The notes under the pieces: model-generated
Databases searched by the model: none
Seen by the model: the letters and a program-made list of their open reading frames with translations, nothing else
Told to the model about the DNA's origin: nothing
Program-made: the position numbers and the translations under genes
Part shown: positions 56,357-64,000 of the stretch, one piece after another
Position numbering within the stretch: the first letter of the stretch is position 1
How the letters are laid out: each line of letters opens with the position of its first letter
Source: Escherichia coli
GTDB taxonomy: Bacteria; Pseudomonadota; Gammaproteobacteria; Enterobacterales; Enterobacteriaceae
Strand: one strand, 5' to 3'
Length of the DNA: 64,000 nucleotides
NCBI RefSeq assembly: GCF_003334305.1
Contig: NZ_QOWS01000016.1

Positions 56357-57505
56357 ATGTCCACGTATACCCGGCCTGTCATGCTTTTGCTGTCTGGCCT
56401 GCTTTTGTTGACTCTGGCGATCGCGGTGTTAAATACACTCGTGCCGCTTTGGCTCGCCCAGGAACACATGTCCACATGGCAGGTAGGCGTTGTCAGCTCA
56501 TCCTATTTTACCGGCAACCTTGTCGGTACATTGCTGACAGGGTATGTCATTAAGCGCATTGGCTTTAACCGCAGCTATTATCTGGCCTCCTTCATTTTTG
56601 CCGCTGGCTGTGCCGGCCTTGGCCTGATGATTGGATTCTGGAGCTGGTTGGCTTGGCGTTTTGTCGCGGGCGTCGGCTGTGCCATGATTTGGGTGGTTGT
56701 TGAGAGCGCGCTGATGTGCAGTGGGACGTCACGTAACCGTGGGCGTTTGCTTGCTGCGTATATGATGGTTTATTACGTGGGAACGTTTTTAGGCCAGTTA
56801 CTGGTCAGCAAAGTTTCAACCGAGCTGATGTCCGTATTGCCGTGGGTTACAGGTTTGACGTTGGCAGGGATCTTACCGCTGTTGTTTACGCGTGTGCTGA
56901 ATCAGCAGGCTGAAAACCATGATTCGACGTCAATTACGTCAATGCTAAAACTCCGTCAGGCGCGGCTTGGCGTGAATGGCTGCATTATCTCAGGAATCGT
57001 TCTGGGATCTCTATATGGCCTGATGCCGCTGTACCTCAATCACAAAGGGGTGAGCAATGCCAGCATTGGTTTCTGGATGGCGGTACTGGTCAGTGCGGGT
57101 ATCCTTGGACAATGGCCGATTGGACGTCTGGCGGATAAGTTTGGTCGACTGCTGGTGTTGCGTGTTCAGGTCTTTGTCGTCATTCTCGGCAGTATCGCGA
57201 TGCTTAGCCAGGCGGCGATGGCCCCAGCGTTATTCATCCTCGGTGCCGCTGGCTTTACGCTATATCCGGTGGCGATGGCATGGGCTTGCGAGAAAGTTGA
57301 ACATCATCAACTGGTGGCGATGAACCAGGCCTTACTGTTGAGCTATACTGTGGGAAGTCTGCTTGGCCCGTCATTTACCGCTATGCTAATGCAGAATTTC
57401 TCCGATAATTTATTGTTTATCATGATCGCCAGCGTATCGTTTATCTATTTGCTGATGCTGCTGCGCAACGCCGGTCATACGCCGAAACCCGTTGCTCACG
57501 TGTAA
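56357..57505 (+). CDS. ycaD: MFS transporter YcaD
   Basis: 382-aa, ~12-TM ORF. Confidence 0.85.
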   Translation: MSTYTRPVMLLLSGLLLLTLAIAVLNTLVPLWLAQEHMSTWQVGVVSSSYFTGNLVGTLLTGYVIKRIGFNRSYYLASFIFAAGCAGLGLMIGFWSWLAWRFVAGVGCAMIWVVVESALMCSGTSRNRGRLLAAYMMVYYVGTFLGQLLVSKVSTELMSVLPWVTGLTLAGILPLLFTRVLNQQAENHDSTSITSMLKLRQARLGVNGCIISGIVLGSLYGLMPLYLNHKGVSNASIGFWMAVLVSAGILGQWPIGRLADKFGRLLVLRVQVFVVILGSIAMLSQAAMAPALFILGAAGFTLYPVAMAWACEKVEHHQLVAMNQALLLSYTVGSLLGPSFTAMLMQNFSDNLLFIMIASVSFIYLLMLLRNAGHTPKPVAHV

Positions 57506-57714
57506 ATGAATTCAAGCAGAGTGTGAACTTACTGTTTCACACTCTGCTTTTTTGTTTCTTCTATCTGACTTGCTTTATTCCAAATTTTATTCGTTTAAAA
57601 ATAAAATGTGCAGCAGGTTATAATTTTGCATTTCGCTATTTCCGCACTTCTTATTTGCCGCGCATAATCCCTCGTTTTACAGATGCCCCTTTAATTTTGG
57701 CGAAGGATTTGTCT

Positions 57715-59145
57715 ATGGCTGGGAATGTTCAGGAAAAACAGTTGCGATGGTACAACATTGCGCTGATGTCTTTTATCACTGTCTGGGGTTTTGGCAACGT
57801 TGTTAATAACTATGCCAACCAGGGGCTGGTGGTTGTTTTTTCATGGGTGTTTATCTTTGCACTCTATTTCACACCTTATGCGCTAATTGTTGGTCAGTTA
57901 GGCTCGACCTTCAAAGATGGGAAGGGCGGGGTCAGTACCTGGATTAAACACACGATGGGACCCGGACTGGCTTATCTCGCCGCGTGGACCTACTGGGTGG
58001 TGCATATTCCCTATCTGGCACAAAAACCCCAGGCAATTCTGATTGCGCTCGGTTGGGCGATGAAAGGCGACGGTTCGCTAATCAAAGAATATTCAGTCGT
58101 AGCGTTACAGGGGTTAACGCTGGTGCTGTTTATCTTCTTTATGTGGGTTGCTTCACGCGGTATGAAATCGCTGAAAATCGTCGGTTCTGTGGCAGGGATT
58201 GCGATGTTTGTTATGTCGCTCCTGTATGTGGCGATGGCGGTAACCGCGCCTGCGATTACTGAAGTGCATATTGCGACCACAAACATTACCTGGGAAACGT
58301 TCATTCCTCATATCGACTTTACCTACATTACCACTATTTCAATGCTGGTTTTCGCGGTTGGCGGAGCAGAGAAGATTTCTCCTTACGTTAATCAAACGCG
58401 CAACCCAGGAAAAGAATTTCCAAAAGGGATGCTATGCCTGGCGGTGATGGTTGCGGTTTGTGCCATTCTGGGCTCACTGGCGATGGGGATGATGTTTGAC
58501 TCGCGTAATATCCCGGATGACTTAATGACTAACGGTCAATATTACGCCTTTCAGAAGCTGGGCGAGTATTACAACATGGGTAATACTTTAATGGTGATTT
58601 ACGCCATTGCGAATACCCTGGGACAAGTAGCTGCGCTGGTATTCTCGATTGATGCCCCGCTTAAAGTGCTATTAGGTGATGCTGACAGCAAATATATTCC
58701 AGCCAGTTTATGTCGTACCAACGCTTCTGGTACGCCCGTTAATGGCTATTTTCTGACCCTGGTGCTGGTGGCAATTCTGATTATGCTGCCGACTCTCGGC
58801 ATCGGTGATATGAACAATCTCTATAAATGGCTGTTGAATCTTAACTCGGTAGTGATGCCGCTGCGTTATTTATGGGTATTTGTTGCATTTATTGCAGTCG
58901 TTCGCCTGGCGCAGAAATATAAACCAGAATATGTCTTTATTCGTAATAAGCCTCTGGCAATGACCGTCGGGATTTGGTGTTTTGCCTTTACCGCCTTTGC
59001 CTGCTTGACGGGGATCTTCCCGAAAATGGAAGCCTTCACTGCAGAGTGGACCTTCCAGTTGGCGCTGAATGTTGCAACGCCGTTTGTGCTGGTAGGATTA
59101 GGACTGATTTTCCCGCTGCTGGCGCGTAAAGCGAATAGTAAATAA
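57715..59145 (+). CDS. ycaM: APC-family amino acid transporter YcaM
   Basis: ORF track 57523..59145 trimmed to ATG at 57715 (MAGNVQEKQLRWYNIALMSF...), 476 aa; the upstream extension is AT-rich promoter-like sequence. Confidence 0.8.
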   Translation: MAGNVQEKQLRWYNIALMSFITVWGFGNVVNNYANQGLVVVFSWVFIFALYFTPYALIVGQLGSTFKDGKGGVSTWIKHTMGPGLAYLAAWTYWVVHIPYLAQKPQAILIALGWAMKGDGSLIKEYSVVALQGLTLVLFIFFMWVASRGMKSLKIVGSVAGIAMFVMSLLYVAMAVTAPAITEVHIATTNITWETFIPHIDFTYITTISMLVFAVGGAEKISPYVNQTRNPGKEFPKGMLCLAVMVAVCAILGSLAMGMMFDSRNIPDDLMTNGQYYAFQKLGEYYNMGNTLMVIYAIANTLGQVAALVFSIDAPLKVLLGDADSKYIPASLCRTNASGTPVNGYFLTLVLVAILIMLPTLGIGDMNNLYKWLLNLNSVVMPLRYLWVFVAFIAVVRLAQKYKPEYVFIRNKPLAMTVGIWCFAFTAFACLTGIFPKMEAFTAEWTFQLALNVATPFVLVGLGLIFPLLARKANSK

Positions 59146-60054
59146 TTATTGTGGTCGGTGACGCTGACTCTGGCAGATCTGACCCGTTTTTACATAATCG
59201 AGAAATGCGCGCAAGCCGCAGGACATATACTGGCGGTTTGGATAATAGATCTGGAAGCCTGGACGCTCTGTGCTCCAGTCTTCCAGTACACATTCTAAAC
59301 GACCAGTATCAAGGTACTCCTTGATCTGTTCATAGAGCAGATACCCGATACCAGCACCCATCAAAACGGCCTCCAGTTCAGCATCAACATCATCCAGAAT
59401 GATATTTCCTGCGACAGCAATTTCCAGCTCCTTTGCAAATTGCCAGTGGAAAGGTTTGCCGCTGGGATAACGAAAAACAACACATTGATGATTAAGCAGA
59501 TCATGAGGATGGCGGGGTTTGCCATATCTTGCAAAGTACTCTGGCGTTGCTGCTACACATAATTTCACTGGCGGGCCGATCGCCACGCTGATCATATCTT
59601 TTTCGACGATGCCACTAAGTCGAACGCCAGCGTCAAAGCCCTGTTGGACGATATCGACAAGAGAATCGTCAGTTGTGAGCTCGACTTTAATATCAGGATA
59701 TTCACGTGTGAAACCAACCAGTAAAGGCATTAAAAATATACGTGCAGCTACCCGGGCGGCATTGATTTTGAGCGTTCCTGTCGGTGTCAGACGAAAATCA
59801 TTCATCTCATCTAACATGATCTGAATTTCGTCGAAAGCTGGGCGCAATCGTTCATAGAGATTAGAACCCGCTTCCGTTAACGATACGCTTCGGGTTGTCC
59901 GATTGAATAAGCGAATTTTAAGACGTTGTTCCAGTGTTTTAATACTATGGCTAATGGCGGACGAGGATAAGCCTAATTCATCGCCCGCTGCACGAAAGCT
60001 TTGATTACGGGCCACGGCAAAGAAAGTGGCAAAGTCAGACATATTCATCCGCAT
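59146..60054 (-). CDS. ycaN: LysR-type transcriptional regulator YcaN
   Basis: 302-aa ORF with N-terminal HTH (FRAAGDELGLSSSAISHSIKTLEQRL) and LysR substrate-binding domain; divergent from ycaK. Confidence 0.85.
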   Translation of the reverse strand: MRMNMSDFATFFAVARNQSFRAAGDELGLSSSAISHSIKTLEQRLKIRLFNRTTRSVSLTEAGSNLYERLRPAFDEIQIMLDEMNDFRLTPTGTLKINAARVAARIFLMPLLVGFTREYPDIKVELTTDDSLVDIVQQGFDAGVRLSGIVEKDMISVAIGPPVKLCVAATPEYFARYGKPRHPHDLLNHQCVVFRYPSGKPFHWQFAKELEIAVAGNIILDDVDAELEAVLMGAGIGYLLYEQIKEYLDTGRLECVLEDWSTERPGFQIYYPNRQYMSCGLRAFLDYVKTGQICQSQRHRPQ

Positions 60055-60066
60055 TAGTGAAAATCC

Positions 60067-60085
60067 TTCATTAACTCATCCTGAA
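60067..60085. promoter_or_regulatory. LysR-type T-N11-A box in the ycaN-ycaK divergent region
   Basis: TTCA-N11-TGAA interrupted dyad located 13 bp from the ycaN start. Confidence 0.3.
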
Positions 60086-60153
60086 TCATCACGTTTACAG
60101 GATTATGCCGCCTGCGTAAAGTGCGCTCCAGAACTTAACGTGGAGGTAAAATT

Positions 60154-60744
60154 ATGCAGTCTGAACGTATTTATTTGGTATGGGCCCATCCTCGTCATGA
60201 TTCATTGACCGCACATATTGCTGATGCGATCCATCAGCGGGCAATGGAGCGGAAAATACAGGTGACGGAACTCGATTTATATCGGCGTAATTTCAACCCG
60301 GTGATGACGTCGGAAGATGAACCAGACTGGAAGAATATGGATAAACGTTATTCTCCAGAGGTTCATCAGCTTTATTCAGAGCTGCTTGAGCATGACACGT
60401 TAGTGGTGGTTTTTCCTCTCTGGTGGTACAGCTTCCCGGCAATGCTAAAAGGATATATTGACAGAGTATGGAATAATGGGCTGGCTTATGGAGATGGGCA
60501 CAAATTACCATTCAATAAAGTTCGTTGGGTGGCGCTGGTTGGAGGAGACAAAGAATCATTTGTCCAGATGGGCTGGGAAAAAAATATAAGCGATTATTTA
60601 AAAAATATGTGCAGTTATCTTGGTATTGAAGATGCCGATGTCACTTTCTTGTGTAATACAGTGGTATTCGATGGGGAAGAACTTCACGCGAGCTATTATC
60701 AGTCGTTATTATCTCAGGTACGGGATATGGTAGATGCACTATAA
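60154..60744 (+). CDS. ycaK: Flavodoxin-fold NAD(P)H:quinone oxidoreductase-like protein YcaK
   Basis: 196-aa ORF with GGAGG RBS; resembles MdaB/KefF-type NAD(P)H dehydrogenases. Confidence 0.8.
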   Translation: MQSERIYLVWAHPRHDSLTAHIADAIHQRAMERKIQVTELDLYRRNFNPVMTSEDEPDWKNMDKRYSPEVHQLYSELLEHDTLVVVFPLWWYSFPAMLKGYIDRVWNNGLAYGDGHKLPFNKVRWVALVGGDKESFVQMGWEKNISDYLKNMCSYLGIEDADVTFLCNTVVFDGEELHASYYQSLLSQVRDMVDAL

Positions 60745-60825
60745 GATGTGTTAAAAACGCTGTAGCAGAATGAAGCGCGGAATAAAAAAGCGGCAACTCA
60801 ATAAAGTTGCCGCTTTACGGGGAAA

Positions 60826-61566
60826 TTAGAACATTACCTTATGACCGTACTGCTCAAGAATGCCTTTCACGCGTTCCATGGTCTCTTTCTTCGGTGGTTT
60901 AACACCGTCGAGTTTGTACTCTTCACCCATTGCCACCCATTTGTGTTTGCCCAGCTCGTGGTAGGGGAGAAGCTCGATTTTCTCAACGTTGCCCATATCA
61001 CGGGTAAATTCACCGAGGCGATGCGCTGAATCGTCATCGTCAGACCAGCCTGGGACAACAACGTAGCGGATCCACACCTTCACATTTTTGTTCGCCAGAT
61101 ATTTGGCGAACTCCAGCGTGCGGTGATTGGAAACTCCAACCAGATTTTGGTGGATCTCGTCGTTCATCTGTTTGAGATCGAGCATTACCAGGTCGGTTAC
61201 TTCCAGCAGTTCATCAATCACCGGATCGTAACGACGAACAAAACCGTTGGTGTCCAGACAGGTATGAATGCCTTCTTTTTTGCAGGCGCGGAACCAGTCA
61301 CGAACAAACTCAGCTTGTAGGATTGCCTCACCGCCGGATGCGGTAACGCCGCCGCCGGAAGCGTTCATAAAGTGGCGATAGGTCACCACCTCTTTCATTA
61401 AATCTTCAACGGTAACTTCTTTACCGCCATGCGTATCCCAGGTGTCGCGGTTATGACAATACAGGCAGCGCATCAGGCAGCCCTGGAAAAAGGTGATAAA
61501 GCGAATACCTGGGCCGTCTACGGTTCCACAGGATTCAAAGGAGTGAATGCGACCAATAACTGACAT
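60826..61566 (-). CDS. pflA: Pyruvate formate-lyase activating enzyme PflA (radical SAM)
   Basis: ORF track 60826..61593 trimmed to ATG at 61566 ([20 protein letters not shown]...), 246 aa; CxxxCxxC radical-SAM motif ([10 protein letters not shown]). Confidence 0.9.
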   Translation of the reverse strand: MSVIGRIHSFESCGTVDGPGIRFITFFQGCLMRCLYCHNRDTWDTHGGKEVTVEDLMKEVVTYRHFMNASGGGVTASGGEAILQAEFVRDWFRACKKEGIHTCLDTNGFVRRYDPVIDELLEVTDLVMLDLKQMNDEIHQNLVGVSNHRTLEFAKYLANKNVKVWIRYVVVPGWSDDDDSAHRLGEFTRDMGNVEKIELLPYHELGKHKWVAMGEEYKLDGVKPPKKETMERVKGILEQYGHKVMF

Positions 61567-61688
61567 TGCGGTGTTTCTCCAGATGTGGCCCATCTGAGGC
61601 CGTGTTGGTGCGCAGCTCGAAGGCTACGTCGAGTCTGTTTTGGCAGTCACCTTAAAGTATAGATAGCTGACAAAAAAGGCTCTCGTGC

Positions 61689-61715
61689 TAAAAAAGGCCC
61701 CACTTTCGTGGAGCC
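61689..61715 (-). terminator. Rho-independent terminator of pflB
   Basis: Minus strand GGCTCCAC-GAAA-GTGGGGCC stem-loop followed by a 5-nt T-run. Confidence 0.7.
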
Positions 61716-61757
61716 TTTATTGTACGCTTTTTACTGTACGATTTCAGTCAAATCTAA

Positions 61758-64000
<2,243 letters not shown>

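Overview
This window reads as a contiguous stretch of Escherichia coli core chromosome, collinear with the K-12 map from ybjL through pflB: ybjL'-ybjM-grxA-ybjC-nfsA-rimK-ybjN-potFGHI-ybjO-rlmC-artJ-artMQIP-ybjP-ybjQ-amiD-ybjS-ybjT-ltaE-poxB-hcr-hcp-ybjE(lysO)-aqpZ-ybjD-ybjX-macAB-cspD-clpSA-[orphan I-F CRISPR]-serW-infA-aat-cydCD-trxB-lrp-ftsK-lolA-rarA-serS-dmsABC-ycaC-ycaD-ycaM-ycaN-ycaK-pflA-pflB'. Gene calls rest on recognising the translated ORFs and on start-codon and ribosome-binding-site context; nothing was searched against a database. Several N-terminal extensions in the ORF track were trimmed to the internal start that matches the known protein, and a number of genes use GTG or TTG starts. 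Coordinates of non-ORF features (hairpins, repeats, the tRNA, the CRISPR array) were read by hand and may be off by 1-2 bp. I found no transposase, integrase, prophage or island-like insertion, and every ORF of 60 aa or more is accounted for by a known core gene or is an obvious antisense artefact. I therefore do not see a complete, previously undescribed multi-gene system here. The observations most worth a second look are (1) a two-repeat orphan type I-F CRISPR mini-array between clpA and serW, (2) ybjD, a poorly characterised core-genome ATPase + Toprim protein of the OLD nuclease family that includes phage-defence nucleases, (3) a GC-rich, hairpin-dense non-coding block between aqpZ and ybjE, and (4) tandem 39-bp repeat tracts in the ftsK linker. 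The remaining findings are low-interest regulatory motifs and annotation caveats.
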